Positions 16,665 through 34,057 are shown, counted from the first letter of the stretch. The stretch: DNA of 64,000 nt from Utricularia gibba (GCA_002189035.1 NEEC01000004.1:5603866-5667865); one strand, 5' to 3'. Translations and numbers: made by a program. Notes: generated by a model not told the origin, from the letters alone.

Positions 16665-18200
16665 CTATCTCTTCAAACCGTCCTTGGTCATCTGGTCTGC
16701 TTTTAACCCTCAAGAATTAGCCAGCATAATGACAACGGAATGGTGGGTGTGGCGAAAGATTTTTTTCTTTTTCTTTTGTGAATACAAACGAAAATCCTGG
16801 AGATCGATTCATTGGGAATGGAGCAGGAAAACTATAAAGAAGACAAACCCCAACAACAAGCCCTTCATATAAAACTCAAATTTCTCATGAAATAAATGGT
16901 GGGCACAAGGCGTTTTCTCACTGTTTGTGTGTCAGGAGTCGTCACACACAAATGTTAAAAAGTTAAGCTTACGCCCAGAGCCGAAGCATGAAGCCAGGGG
17001 AGAGCACAGAAGATGAGAGGGGAGAGGGAGTGAGAGAAGGCTGGGGTGGGTACCGTACATGGGAGGGATATCATCGTCACCCTTTAAAGGGATGGATGCT
17101 GCATTAAGAGGCACACAACACCAGGCATTATGAATCAGTAAATAAATAAATAAGCGCGACCCACTTTACTCACTCCCCCCTACCCATCGCCATGGCTAGT
17201 TGGCTACTTTAAGGAGCCCACGCAGAAATAGTGAAACTAAAGCCATGAGACTCTTTCTCAAACCAACTCATCCAGTGTTTTTTTTTTCTCCTTTTTGGTT
17301 ATGGGTATTCATTCATTCATAACATCACTGGAGAGATAAAGAAGGAAAACAACCTTTGGCATCTTTTCATCTCATTTCTACACGTGAGAAGAAATCATTT
17401 ATGGCAAGGTGAGAAGCAATCTCTAACACCAGGAATAGGAAATAATTTGTTCCGCCGTTCTGATTCCTGCCTCCCTTGCTGGCTGTTGGATTCTTTTCTT
17501 CAGAGGAAGGAAAATAAGGAAATTAACGAACCCTGCCGGCCCTCCTCTCTCAGGATTCCTGTACAGTTTTGGATGGATGATAGGCGAGAATTTGGACAGA
17601 AGTGGAAGACTACTATTCTAAACCACCACTGTGAAAGGGAACGCTCGGTTCCAAGTCGTAGCATCCCATTCCATCATGGATAAGCTCTAAACATGATCAA
17701 GACGCGTGATAACATCTAAAAGTAAAGGCATCAACCTCCCCCAAAAGCTAATTTTCAAATGGGTAGTTCAAGCTCAACCCCTGTATATCTACACTGTGGA
17801 TTACACGACGAATTTCCGAAGGAATTTGGTCCATCAAACACGCAAAGTTAGGGAGAGAAGTTCATTCATATTCTAGGAGTATTATACTACTTGATAGGTA
17901 TCAGAGTTCAATTTCGTGTGTGAGCTTTAAGGGGTTGGTTATTTAGCTTTTCAGAAGTGATCATATGACAACCTTCAAGGCTTGTTCTTGAAAGTTTTCC
18001 TGCCAAACATGAGTCGAAGGAAAAACATTTTACAACAGTAAAATCATTTATTTATCGCACGTCAGGTCAGGAAAATTCTGAAACAATCTGATGCTTTCCA
18101 GTAGTTGGGTTTTCCTTTGCTGTTGGACAAGCCTCCTATCTTACTGTAGAAAAAAAAAAAAAAAACAAGCTGCTGCGCTCCCTGCTATCTGCTAGCCAGC

Positions 18201-20878
18201 CTACATTTCCAGGTCTTCCAGCTCAGGAAGTGGGAAACGGAGAATAGCAGCAACTCCAGTCAGCTGTGCAAGTTCTGTAAATCCAATCCACACAAGAAAC
18301 AATAAGCAACAACAAAATGCACAAACAAACCGAGCCCCTTATCTTCGGAGTGACGACTCACGTTCTCCTGAAACATGCATGGATGACAAGATGTACGCTT
18401 CACCTTTTGACGCCCTCACCGACTCCACCAGATTTACGTATTTCTGCCTTACTGCCACATCACCACTCCTGGTGCAGGAACCACGGACAAATCTCGTTTA
18501 GACAAATTTTACTTTCATTCTCGTCTTCCTACCGCAGTTAGAGAAAATACCAACCTGAAAAGCTCATCGGTCAACAGTAGTGTGTCGATTGCCAATTGCT
18601 CATGCGCAACATCTACATGCTTTGGTCCGTAGCATGCACGATTAGGATCCTAAAATAAAGTAAAGAAAATGATGGTTATCACAATAACATAAGCGCACAA
18701 AGACAAGAGGTTGTCCACATTCTCGATAACCAAAGCAGCTTCGTATATCACCAAATTCTGGTACTTGTATTTGGAACACAGATGAAGAGTAGAGTATGAC
18801 CTTGGAAAGTATGGAAAAGAAGTTCTTGAGGGCTTGAACCTGCATCGGGAAAAACGAAAATTTTATGAAGAATGATCAACTCTAGAAAAAAAAAAGGAAC
18901 TACCTCTTTAGCAGCCTTTGTATCCTTGATGATATTCATCACATTTGGAGCCTCCAGAACCTCTCTCAAGCAATGCCTTTTTGCCGATAGAAACAAAAAA
19001 CGCACAGAGTTATCAGCTTTGTAAGAAATAAAAAAGAATGACTGTTGTAGTAAGATCTCTAAGAAAATGAAACTGCTCGTACTTATATCCTGATGTAGTA
19101 GGAACAAGCACAATCCGTGACTTATTCTCAATTATAGGTCTTAGTTGCTTCCTCTCTGCCTCTAGCAGTAAGTGCCGATGAAATTGGTCCTGAACAGAAT
19201 TTCCATAGAAAACATGCATATCCTTATAGCCCAAACCTTCATCCAAGTTGTGATAAATTAAAGACTCAAAAGAACTTCTGATGGACAACCTTCGTAAATC
19301 CAGGGCTGGCAATAACAGCACACCGAACAATACTGAAGTCAATGTGTTTCAGAAAGGCCTGAAGTGCAGTAGTGGTTATTCAATTTCAGAAGTTGAAGGC
19401 ATGAATAGAATGGAGAAAAATAAAATGGTAAGCAGATATTACAGTGATACCTGCATGACGTTGTTGAAGAATTTGTTTAATGCCTGTATAACCAAGAGGA
19501 AAATTACGGAATTCGGTCGGGGGGAGCGGAGAGCGGTAGTGGGGGAGCATCAGACTGCTATACCTTATCATAACCAGCAATAGCAGGTCCATGCTTTCGT
19601 GGTATTGAAGCTTCTATACGTGAACGGGTGGTTGTGACGCTATTGAAAGATAAAAACAACCATAAGAAAAAACTCATCAACAAATAAACTTCAGATATTG
19701 CCATTTCTTGGGCAACATAACTTGATATGAATTACCTCTTTCCAACTAGAAAGAGATGAGCTAATCCTTCTTGCATCAAAACAACAGCTAAATCCGCACT
19801 CGCTTTAGGATCTGCAATAGGATTAAGCCGGACAGAAAAAAGATAGGATTAGATAAGATTATGTAAACACAACCTCCAAATTAATCAACCATCTACCAGA
19901 TGCTTGGTTAAGCTCATCCAACGCTACAGAGTCCCATAGGTCCTGGTTAAGAAAATTTTATAAACCAAACCAGGCCACCTCATTAAATCCGCCTTTCAAA
20001 ATGTGAAGCGGCTAGTTGTCAGGAAAAACAAAATATAGGTTTCCACCTTCTTCAAAGCGAAAGGTCTGTGAAGTTCAATTTCCAGAGTGTGAAATGCTCC
20101 TACCTGAAATAAGAAAACATATCCAGATGTAACTAGAAGAAGGAGAGAGAAGAAATAGAGGACAATGAATTAAATATAATAAGAGAACACAAGGGTTAAG
20201 GCTACCTACTGTGACATGTTCATTCTTCAACATGTTCTTTCCTCGAATCCGCAATGCAGACCCCTCTTTATCATACTCAATGGCCTGAGCAGTTTCTCAT
20301 TCAATTAAAAAAAAAAAAAACATACATACAAAGAAAATGTAAAGGATAATCAAGCATAAAAGGCTTTTCTTCCTTTGCAGACTTTTTTCCAAATATGACA
20401 ACTCAAGACATAACAGCAAAAATTGCTACCTCAACTTTGATTTGAAGTTGAAGTTTTACTCTTTCAGAATCTCTTCCTCCTGAAGCAGCTTCTCTCATAA
20501 CCTTCCTGCAATATATACTGCGATTGGAATTTCAAGCCAGCAATGCTAACTTCCGCAAAAAGAAAAAAAAAAAAAAAGCAATCTTGGAAGGCGCACGGAA
20601 GGGTAGATATAAAACCCAAGTCACCTGACGGTGGAACAGGATACCATGTCACCCTGGGCAATCAAATTATAAGCCAGCCATAAATCATCCGCTTCTTCTG
20701 GGGTCATCTAGACGAAACCCATTCACCAAGAACAAATCATTAGTTGAATATTTGTTGCCTCAATTCGGCTTACCATATAATGGAAAAAACGTAAATCGTT
20801 TAACCCTTCCTCGCCGGGAAAAAGTACCTTCACACTTCCTGAACCATCAGGCATGAGATTCTTATGAACAATCTTCAT
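18201..20878 (-). CDS. PELO: PELOTA/Dom34 ribosome-rescue factor (eRF1 paralogue)
   Basis: Many short exons translate to MKIVHKNL..., [54 protein letters not shown] and terminal [16 protein letters not shown]. Confidence 0.95.
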
Positions 20879-22006
20879 CCCCACCACCCCTGCCCTCGGT
20901 TTCTTCCTCAGAAACGATGGTGCAAATTTATCATCAGCCAATGAAAAGACAGAAGGAGATTTATTTACTAAGACAAAGGTTAGACCGCGCCTCGGAGTCG
21001 GCTGAGCTCTCCAGAGACAATAGATATTTTCTTTTTTTCCTTTGTCACCATACCCCAAAAAAGAAAACGTCGAGTGGTGTGGTATTTCTCGAAAGCCAAA
21101 GGAGGGTGTATTTCTGGCGTTGAAAGTTGAGCTTTTTTTTTTTGATACAACAGAATGTCTACTGCAGCGAATTCAGGGTCAACAATTCAAACATGAAGAT
21201 ATAGTAATGTATTATTACAGCATCTAAGAATGTAATCTTCTGTTGCCACGCAATTCAACAACCGAATGTGGTAAAAGGAGTTGTTTAAGGGGCGCCTTTT
21301 GTATGGACTGGTTGGATGGTTCCCCGCGGGAGAGTGTGGCGTGGCATTCCTGATCCTGGGTGATGTAATTGCTCAAGGGAAACTGTCGTCTTTACAAGAG
21401 TTTTAAAGACAAAACATCTCTTAACAGTCAACAAGAATGACGACGCGTTTCCATGTCCCGTGTATAGCGCATCAATTAACCGCTATCTTCTCGCTGTCTG
21501 TCGAAGTTGAAGTCAATTAATTACTGAGTTCGGGGGGTATGTGGGCTGAGACTTTTCATTATGGCTTTTGGACCTCGTCCCGACTAGAGATTATCCCTCC
21601 CGAGATGGATAGGTACACACTCGCACCTTGATGAAGCACTGATCTCCCTTTATCAAGATCTCGGCTTTTTTCTTGCTGCTGTTTTCCCCCCTAACTGGTT
21701 CAAGGTTAGTTCTTTCTCAACAACACTTTCGCTGTTGTCCCCTTTTCTGATTTTCAGGTTTCTTGCAGTAGTTTATATTTATGTTCATGTCATAGTAGGC
21801 ATTACCAGGGTTTCTGATTCTTTGGCTTAAATGCTTTCCATGCTCGCATCTGCCAATTGAAAACCAGTTCATTTAGTTAGGCTTTTTCTCCCTTCAGGTT
21901 TGGTTGGATGGCGGCGGTACTATTGCGATCTTGTTCATGTCCTATTGGGAATTGAATATTTTTTTTCGGTTACCTTGATTCCCACAATCCATTTGTTCTA
22001 GGTAAT

Positions 22007-24677
<2,671 letters not shown>

Positions 24678-25212
24678 CCACTGCAGCCGCCGCAGCGAAT
24701 TCAACAGTACAAAGCCTCCTCCATTGTTCCCTTCAGCATGGGCTTTTGGTGTTAACATTGAATAAGTTTGTGAGCAAGCCATGTTTGCACTTTCCCAGGA
24801 AATTTATTCAACATGTGGCCCCATCCACACGTCCACAAATATGGCATGGCTTGTGGGTAGCCTCCTCCGGAAAAATACCTTCATCAAGAATTCCGTGGCC
24901 AGCCCCAAACATATTGATAAATTACCTAAACTATAGTGTTTGCCTTTCGTCTGAAAAGACAAGATGGGAAAGGAGTTGGACAAGTGAATTGAATGAAGAA
25001 ACAATATGAGCAACCAACCCAAAAATATATGCACCTTACAGGTCCTCTATACCTAGCAATCTACGGACCAATGCGAAAATGAAGGACAGTGATTTACAGA
25101 ATTTAAAAATAGCAACGTGCCACGGCACAATGAGCGCCCAAAACCCGCAGCAGTGATGAACGCAAAGTTGATAACCAAGGCACCAAATTCTTCCTGTGGC
25201 GGTATTCCTTCT

Positions 25213-27230
25213 TTAACCTCGAAGAGAAGCTCGAGGGACAGCTGGGAAACCCAGTTCATCCTCAGCCTGCCAACGATACAGATTAGTCATTATTCAGAAC
25301 TGCTTTAATTCTAAAGAGCAATGATCCACTGCAGGCTTTTGCTGATTCCTAAATGTTAATAGTACCTGCACATTTGCTCGGCCTTGTTGAACGGTAGCAT
25401 GCCCAGTTGGGGCAGCAGGCAAGTTCAGTTCCGTTTCCATTTCAGGTTCTTTATCGGGTTGGAGATAAGCGGGGACTCCAGTCTCAGTTTCAAATCCCAT
25501 GTCCGCTTCCAAAGCATCAAGTTCTGGTGGACAAATAGAGAATTACAATCCAAAAAGGAATCTTCTACAATGCTTCCAAACATAGAAAAAAGATATTGGC
25601 TAGAAGATCACTCCAACGCATCACGCTTATGATGACTGTTTAAAATTGGCGTGCACATTTGGATTAGAAAATAACTAACCACCCAAGAGTTCATCCTCAT
25701 CGATGTCATCAGGTACATTATAGCTCCTACCAAGCGACTCTTGGATTTCGTTACTCACATCCATAAGATCCATCATCTCATCTTGCAAGTTCTATGTTTA
25801 GCAAGCAATATCGTCAGCATCAGATACAAACTAACATAGGAAAAAATGTGAAGCACTGAAATGAGATACAAACATCTATGTCTTGAATTTTTACGGTCTT
25901 CATCATTCCCTTCAGCTCTTTGTTTGCTGACTTCAATGCAGACATCTGGAAATAACACGGAAAAATTATGTATCTGAAAGGGAAAGCAAGAAACAGCACC
26001 TAAGATTCTAATTTAGCAGGCATAGAGAAAAAAAATCTGATGCAAGTGAGGTGCATAAAGTATCAAAAAAATAGAAAACTACATGTTGTTTCTCCTATCT
26101 CTATGGAGATAGAAGTAGGCATCAGGTCCTACTCACGTTAGAGGATAAGCCCGCCCACTTAGTTTTGAATTTACACTCTTAAGCAGCTACCAAAGAAACT
26201 TGTCTACTGTAAATTTCACCCAATTAAGGTTGAAAATTGGTACGAAAAGCAACTTTCATAGAAAGATGTGACTGAAGACTCAGCTATGGGAAATGAAAAT
26301 ATATTATCTTAAGATATAAGCTAATAGATTAATACGCTCACCAACAACTAATTGGTTTGAAGATGCTCTTAGTGGGAATAAGAGATTTTAATCATATTCC
26401 CATACGAATATGAATCTCAACTGTTTTACTCTTTAAAAGTAGTAAAGAAAAAAAAAACATAGTAAAAGAGTCAACGATCATAGGTATTCAAGGGAGAAGA
26501 GGTTTGCATACTGTTTGTTGTGCATCTTTGATCCCCTCAGCAGCAAAGGCAACTTGATCAAGATTAAAAGTCTGATTGTAAAGCATATCACGCTGACCTT
26601 CATACCTGAAAAGCTCAAACAAAAGAGCTCGGCATGATACATACAGTTGTATGCAAAAAAAAAAAAAAAAAAAAACTCGGAAATGCATTTATACTTTTCG
26701 CAACTGATGGTCAGGTGGATGACTATCTTAATTGTATAAGCCAATATACAAGTGAGGAAATAATCGAGCAGCTTCCACAATGACAAAAAAAGAGAATTTT
26801 GCGTAAGAAGCAGCTGTTTACATTCTTTTTTGCTTCAAAACCCTCATAGCCCTTGCTTTAACTGCTTCTTGGGCAGGTCCTGGTCTAGTCCTTTTGATCT
26901 GTTCCTTGTACCTTGCAAGTTCCGCATCAAGTTTCTTAATCTTTTCATCAACATTTTCACCTCTCTTATTTATCTGTTGAGGATTAAAGGGATCCAACAT
27001 TGATAAAACAACCCAATGAATGCAAGCGATTTTCCAAATGTGCAAAACCCTCCATAAACCACAAGAAATAAAAAAACAGAGTGAAAATAAGAGTGCGCCA
27101 AAAGAAGCAGTAGAGGAGATATTCTTTTAGAAGATGAAAAGAAAAAAGAAATCTTGCATACGCTATCAGAGGCATCCTGAACGGAAGGTGGAGGTTCTTT
27201 GTTTTTCTTCGCTCCGAACACCCTCTTCAT
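25213..27230 (-). CDS. VPS60: ESCRT-III-associated VPS60 (CHMP5, SNF7 family)
   Basis: MKRVFGAKKNKEPPPSVQDAS, KARAMRVLKQK, YEGQRDMLYNQTFNLDQV and terminal EDELGFPAVPRASLRG*. Confidence 0.96.
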
Positions 27231-27720
27231 CTTCTCCGGTCTTCGAGGGGTTGGATCGGGATCTAGAGCTTGAAGATCAATAAAAAGAAAGAAGAAATCT
27301 TTAGCGACGGTAAGATGTAGAAAACGATGACCAGAACGCGGAAATCGTAAGGATGACGGGGGACGACGACGAGAGATCGGGTCAGAAGAGTAGAAGTGGG
27401 CCAAATAGCTTAGGCACCAACACTGGAAATAAAAAAAAAAAAATAGTCGGCGTAATTGTGTATCATATTTTATCCTAGCCTAGAACCGAACCCAAACCAT
27501 TTTATTAAAAGGTGCGTTGGAAAATTAACGGTTAAATCACGATTTCACATATTCTAACTCAACCGGATGTCGTTAGGGGTCCCCAAATGTAATTTTGGAA
27601 AATTACGGGGTACCTGATTCTTTTCTTTTCTACTTCTTGACTCTCTGGGCTCTCCTTGTCCGCTCCGCTGGTTCTCTCGCTTCATAATACTTCAACTTCC
27701 AAGGGAACGCAGCACAACAC

Positions 27721-30700
27721 ATGGGAGTTCCGGTGAGAGGATATGGGGGAGGGGCTGACGCCCTTAGCGACAGAGCTGCGCAGATGAGGGAGGCTCTTGT
27801 CAAGAGTCAGTCAATTACAGACAATATGGTTTCCATTTTAGGATCCTTTGATCATCGCCTCTCTGCCCTTGAAAATGCGATGCGTCCTACTCAAGTAAGG
27901 GCCCTGCCTTACCTTTCATTCTTTTGATCCTTTGCTCTCCAGTCTTTTTTTTTTCTTTTCTTCTTGGTTAGTGTGAATACCTGAAACTTCCCCCAGTGTT
28001 GCATTTTGCGTTGTCATTTTCTGAGGCCACAGTGAGTCAGTCGGATATATGTGTATTGAATCAGTTGGTATTAGCTGCTTGAACTAATTTTCTTCTATCT
28101 GCTAAATGATCGAATGGTGGAATGGGATGAGCAGAATTAAATCAACAATTTAAAGTTTCCTTGATCTGTCTTTCCAGCTTGGCTGCCCTGTTGGAATATG
28201 ATATGGATTGATCCCATTTTATGCTGTTGTATTCCGTTGCCTTGTAACTTAGGGGATGACTGAACGCTTTTGTCGAAGTGAAAACAAGCTTCCCATGTTC
28301 CAATCCAAGTTTCTTTATGGTTTATTTTGGGCATTCCTCCCAGACCTTCTCTTGGCCACAGTCACCATATTTTTCCAAACTTACCCATGATCAGCCAGTG
28401 GTCTCTACATGTCACAGACACTGGCGAACCGTGAGAAGTATGACTATCTCCATATGCCACCATATTTTTCCAACTTACCCATTATCAGCCAGTGGTCTCA
28501 GCGTGTCACAGACACTGGCGAACCGTGAGAAGAAAAAAATATCTCCGTGTGCTTAAGATCAAGAAAAACATGTCCCTGTGTAACAACAAGCTTATTATAT
28601 TGACTAATTTGAAAGAAGGCTTCAATAGGCTATTTTTTTCCTCTTCTGTTTCCATTATGCTCTCTTCATTTTGGAATTTTGTGGATTGTGTTCATGTTCT
28701 TTTTTTCCTTTTTTTAGATTAGAACACATGCCATTCGCAGAGCTCACGAGAACATTGACAAAACTTTGAAGGCTGCTGAGGTCATATTATCAAGATTTGA
28801 TCTTTCTCGTCAGGTACTATTCATGCGATGGCTTTTATATTGACATGTTATTTTCTCCTCTGTGCTTAATTATCGTAAACATCCATATGCCGAAATCTGT
28901 TTTTCCTCTAGGCTGAGGCAAAGATACTTAAAGGGCCACATGACGACCTTGAAAGTTATCTTGAAGCAATTGATCAATTACGTAGCAACATTCATTTTTT
29001 TAGCAACAACAAAAGCTTCAAGAGCAGCGATGGAGTAATCATTCATACCAATAATTTACTTTCCAAAGCAATATCCAGGCTGGAAGAGCAGTTCAAACAA
29101 CTTTTGTTGTTGTACAGGTTCACTTTTCACTTTGCAATTTTATTCACATATTCTTCCCTATTTTTGCATGACTGGCTAAGGCAGCATGAGATCCACTATC
29201 CAAACATAGAGTACTCATTCAAAATAAAAAATCTCGTAAGACTATTTGTTTATGTTAGCATTTCTAATTTTGACAGTTGAATTTTATAACTTTTATTATC
29301 AGTAAGCCTGTGGAACCTGAACGGCTTTTTGAGTGCCTTCCAAGTTCTATGCGACCATCATCAGGATCACCTGGTGGAAAAATCCCATCATCCAACAATC
29401 TTTCTGAACATTCAAGCAGTGTTACAGAGGGTTCTGAGTATACTACACCAACCTTAATTCCTCCACGAGTTATGCCTTTGCTGCATGGTTTAGCGCTGCA
29501 GATGGTTGAAGCTGTGAATCAGCAACAGCTACAGAAAATATACAGGTAAATATCTTTATATTTTGATAAGGGTAATGGTCAAATTTTATGTCCATAAAGT
29601 GGATGCAACATTTACTGGTTCTTTCCTCAGCAACTGTATGCTGCGTTTTTGAAAATTGTATTAGCTAAACAAACTCTTTGTTGCACCCATAAAGGGATGC
29701 TCGGTCTCCTGTACTAGAAGAAAGTCTTCGCAAATTAGGAGTAGAAAGACTCAGTAAAGAAGATGTCCAAAGGATGCAATGGGAAGTGTTGGAAGCAAAA
29801 ATTGGGAATTGGATCCATTTTATGCGGATTGCTGTAAGTTTTATTCGTAAGATTTATTTTTCATTAAGCGGGTTTCTGTAAACTGACCCCTGTGCACAAA
29901 CAGGTTAAACTCCTTTTTGCTGGGGAACGCAAAGTTTGTGATCAGATTTTTGAGGGCATTGATTCTCTTAGGGATCAATGCTTTGCTGATGTTACTTCAG
30001 GAAGTGTTTCTGTGCTACTTAGTTTTGGAGATGCTATTGCTAAAAGCAAGAGATCACCTGAAAAGTTATTTGTACTTTTGGATATGTATGAAATCATGAG
30101 AGAGCTTCAGTCAGAGGTAAGGCCAGATAGATGCTCTTGTTGACGGTTTAGGATATTGCAAAACTTGAAGGTTTCCCACTAGTTGTGTTTTTATCCAATG
30201 CAGATAGAAGCACTTTTTAGAGGGAAAGCATGCAATGAGGTTAGAGAATCTGCTTTGAGTTTGACTACAAGGCTTGCTCAAACAGCACAGGAAACTTTTG
30301 GAGACTTCGAAGAAGCAGTTGAGAAGGATGCAACTAAAACAGCTGTTGCTGATGGGACGGTGCATCCACTGACAAGCTATGTGATCAACTATGTGAAATT
30401 CTTGTTTGAGTAAGTTTTCTTCCCAAGTCTTAGTCAAGTGCTGTTCTTTTTTTCCTATAGATGGTAAATCCAATGTGAACTTGGCATTTTTTATAGTTAC
30501 CAATCAACCCTGAAGCAGCTTTTCCAAGAGTTTGAAAATGGGGAGACCTCAAGTTCTCAGTTGGCTGCAGTTACAATGCGAATTATGCAGGCTCTCCAGA
30601 CCAATTTGGATGGGAAGTCTAAGCAATACAAAGATCCCTCGCAGACTCATTTGTTTCTTATGAATAATATCCACTATATGGTCAGATCTGTCCGCAGGTA

Positions 30701-31864
30701 TGTGAATGTCACAAGATATATAGCACTACTTGCTCGTACACTTTTGCATGTGTTGCATGGATTCGTGGCTTTTAAGACACCCAATTTGATGCGAACCTTT
30801 GCATAACTGGTCGTGCTCATTTTTGTTATTTCTTAGAAAATGCTTTTTACAAACATCAACTTCTAGTTTATTGCTTAGAATTACATGTTTGGTCCTTCAA
30901 TACACAGCCTTGAATCCTAGAACCTCCTTATCATATCCTCTGGGCTTGACTTGGAATTCCTATGCCACATCATGAAGTTCTCTTAAATGCTATTATATAT
31001 TTAATAACGCAGCCTGATTGGATTCATAAAATATTAATTCATTTCACACCTTGGAACCTGGCACTGCAGATCTGAAGCCAAAGATTTGCTAGGGGATGAT
31101 TGGGTACAGAGGCATCGAAGAATTGTTCAACAACATGCAAACCAGTATAAGAGGATTGCTTGGGCAAAGGTATGGGCATATTATGTTCGAGTTTTATTTA
31201 GTAAGAAGGTAGCTTCCCTTATTTGTTTCCTGGATATGCTAGATATCAGTGACTCTTGACTTGTTTGTCATCATGCACTGAGGTTGGAGTGTATTTTTGT
31301 CCTTTCTGCCGCAGATTCTTCAGTGCCTCTCCGTTCAAGGCCATGCTTCATCCGGTGGCAGTGGCTCTAATGCTGAAGGAAACAGCAGTGGAGTTTCCAG
31401 AACTGTTATCAAAGAAAGGTGTTTAGTAGAGATCCGTATCTGATAATAATTTCTTGTTCTTTTTATCCACATGTGCATGTCTTTTCTAGATTGAAGACGT
31501 TTAATTCACAATTTGAGGAGCTTCATCAAAGACAATCCCAATGGACAGTTCCTGATAGTGAGCTTCGCGAGTCTCTGAGGCTTGCTGTAGCAGAGGTCTT
31601 GCTTCCAGCATATCGCTCATTCATCAAAAGATACGGGTAGGCCTTCATTGCCTTTTTTTGGTAGACTGCATATATGCTGCTAAATTGGTTTTCAGCTCAC
31701 GACCATCACCTAACCAGAGAGCTGCTGCCTCTTTCCGTCTACTCAGGGCTCTAGTTGAAAATGGAAAGAACGCCCAGAAGTACATCAGATACACGCCGGA
31801 GGATCTTGAGCACATGCTTGGTGAATTCTTTGAGGGCAAGACTTTGAATGAGCCCAGTCGTTAA
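27721..31864 (+). CDS. EXO70A1: Exocyst subunit EXO70A1-like
   Basis: 12 in-phase exons. LGSFDHRLSALENAMRPTQ, SPEKLFVLLDMYE, DGTVHPLTSYVINY, FLMNNIHYM and WTVPDSELRESLRL. The multi-intron structure is typical of the EXO70A clade. Confidence 0.96.
28363..28532. repeat. About 76-bp direct repeat (2 copies, period 95) with an internal hairpin, in EXO70A1 intron 1
   Basis: 28363-28438 and 28458-28532 align with 5 differences. Each contains gccagt-g-gtct-(11 nt)-agac-actggc. Confidence 0.9.
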
Positions 31865-33650
31865 GAATTGACGGGAGAACGAAGTCCTCTGCTCATTGCT
31901 GGAGAGCTGATATACAGTCACCTTCTCAAACATATCCTTCGATTGATCATATACCCTGTTATTTGTTTGCAGGAATGGGTGATGCGTTCTGTACGGACCG
32001 CGATGTGCCTCTTCCTACTCTCTTTACTGTAGGAATTGTATCTCTACCAGGATTTGCTTGTAAAGAATGTGCGGATGATGCCTAAAATCCTCGTGTGACT
32101 CATCCCAAAAAAACCTGCGTTTGTCTACTTGTGTCACACGTAATCGAATTATTTTTTAGAATTTCATTTTGATATTTTTAAATTCGCCACCGAAATCAAA
32201 AGATGTGATGAAACAACTATGTCGTACCCAAACATGTCTTTCACCTTGTGTATTTTATACGAGCCGTGTCCGGTTGTAGTGCACGTCGTATTCCGATTAA
32301 TTCCTGCCTCGTATACTCGACCAGTGAGCACTTGTTGTTCCAGGTTGTGTGTGTTCTTTACAAGGTGTGTACATTGTGTTTTACTACAGATCCCCAGCTT
32401 ATCAACAATGTCGGTATACAGAAAAATACCGAGAAACCTCCTGACCTGGAAGGATTTTGATGCCTTTTTTACAGTGGCAGGCAAGCCTTTGTCTGAACGA
32501 CTAACTACTTTGTGCAGCATAATTACAGCTTGGATCTCTAGGTTGACAACAAAAAGTACAAGTTTTCCCGGGGCAGGACACAGATGTGATCTCTCTTCTC
32601 AAGTTATTCGTCATGATGGCTTGTAGAACGAAACCAACACAGGAGGGTTTCAATAACCAAGGTTGAACGTGTTCTAATGAACAGTTTCTTCTCCCGAGCC
32701 TGCACAAGTATGCATGGAACATGTATGACTGCTTGGCTGAACAATTGAACATAAAATGCCCCACAACAAAAAAAAAATGGCAGGGAACAGTATTTTCAAA
32801 ACCAAACAAGCCTGGACAATAATTATGAATATTTTAGGGTTGAAAGGAGAGGGAAAGGTGACACACTCGTTACTTTCTATGCGATTTGATCATCTTTTTG
32901 ACCGAGCCATCTTCTTCGTTTGCAAGACCGCGGCCCACACTATCTGTTGCTGCTTTCTTTTGCTTTAAATCCATACCACTGATGAATGTGAATCTCATGA
33001 CTCGATCATATTCGAGGGATCCGAGGCACTCTTCGTTTCTGTCTGATAAGAGAGAGAATGAGGATGTCAGAGAAAGAGAATGATGGGGGAGGGGAAAAAG
33101 CGGTGGTTAGTTTAGCCTACATTTTTACATATATAATTGGGAGGTTGGGTTGGAGATCCGAGGCTTCCCCACTCCCATGCAAAATATATTTGTCAGTTGT
33201 AATGGTAGGAAAAGGAAAAGCAGTCTAGGAGTATATGACTGTGATCATATTTTGGCAGGGCCTTCTCCCTCATCTTTCCCATCTTTTCCTAAAGGAATAC
33301 TGGAAAAAGATGTATGTTTGGAAACGCTGTCTCCACTGCGACTACCTATCTACATTAAACCTTAACCCTCCTACCCTCTTGCTTTGATACTCACCACCCA
33401 CACTCACACCAATAGACATACAGATATTCACCAGGAACCAAAAAACGCAAGTTGCATTTCTCATGCAAATGACCGTGAACCATTTCTACATTACTAAAAA
33501 ATTATTATTCAACTTAGGATAAAGGGTTTGTGCAGAGGATTTGGTAATTAACAATAACCACAATTTGGTTTTAATTCTTTCCGACCCTCTCTCGCCATTA
33601 TGAAATTGAATTTCTGTAAGGCAGCTTTCAAATAATATTGTAAGTGGGGT

Positions 33651-33670
33651 TCTCTCTCTCTCTCTCTCTC
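33651..33670. repeat. (TC)10 microsatellite
   Basis: Read directly from the sequence. Confidence 0.9.
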
Positions 33671-34057
33671 TTTTTTAGTTTCCATGAGGCAATCGCTATC
33701 ACTGGTGTCATAATGGGATCATAGCTCGAGGCTGTGATGACATTGACTGCCACTAACGATCAGCGATCTTCTAAAAGCATAAAATTGCAATGCCTTCCAT
33801 GGTTAGGAGCAGTGTTGCAACAGAGGTTTCGAATACAGCAGCACTCCATCACTGGTGAAAAATATCAGAACAGCACTGCATGAATTAATTCTACGTTGAA
33901 GATCTAACTAACTATACCACCACAAATAGAATAAGTTACCCAGTTGAGTGCTCAAACCAGGTTAACTGCATGTGAGTGAAAACACAAAACAACTCGTAAC
34001 AGGCTGAGGAGAACAAGTGGAAAGAAGATACACTATCATAGCTGTATGATCTTAATG

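Noticed and set aside
17897-17906. Partial PBS-like GGTATCAGAG between FPP and PELOTA
   Set aside because: Only 10 nt, lacks the TGG start, and has no LTR end (CA), gag or PPT nearby.
32164-32626. ORFs of 118-135 aa on both strands downstream of EXO70A1
   Set aside because: No recognisable motifs. They overlap the likely 3' UTR, and composition is not coding-like.
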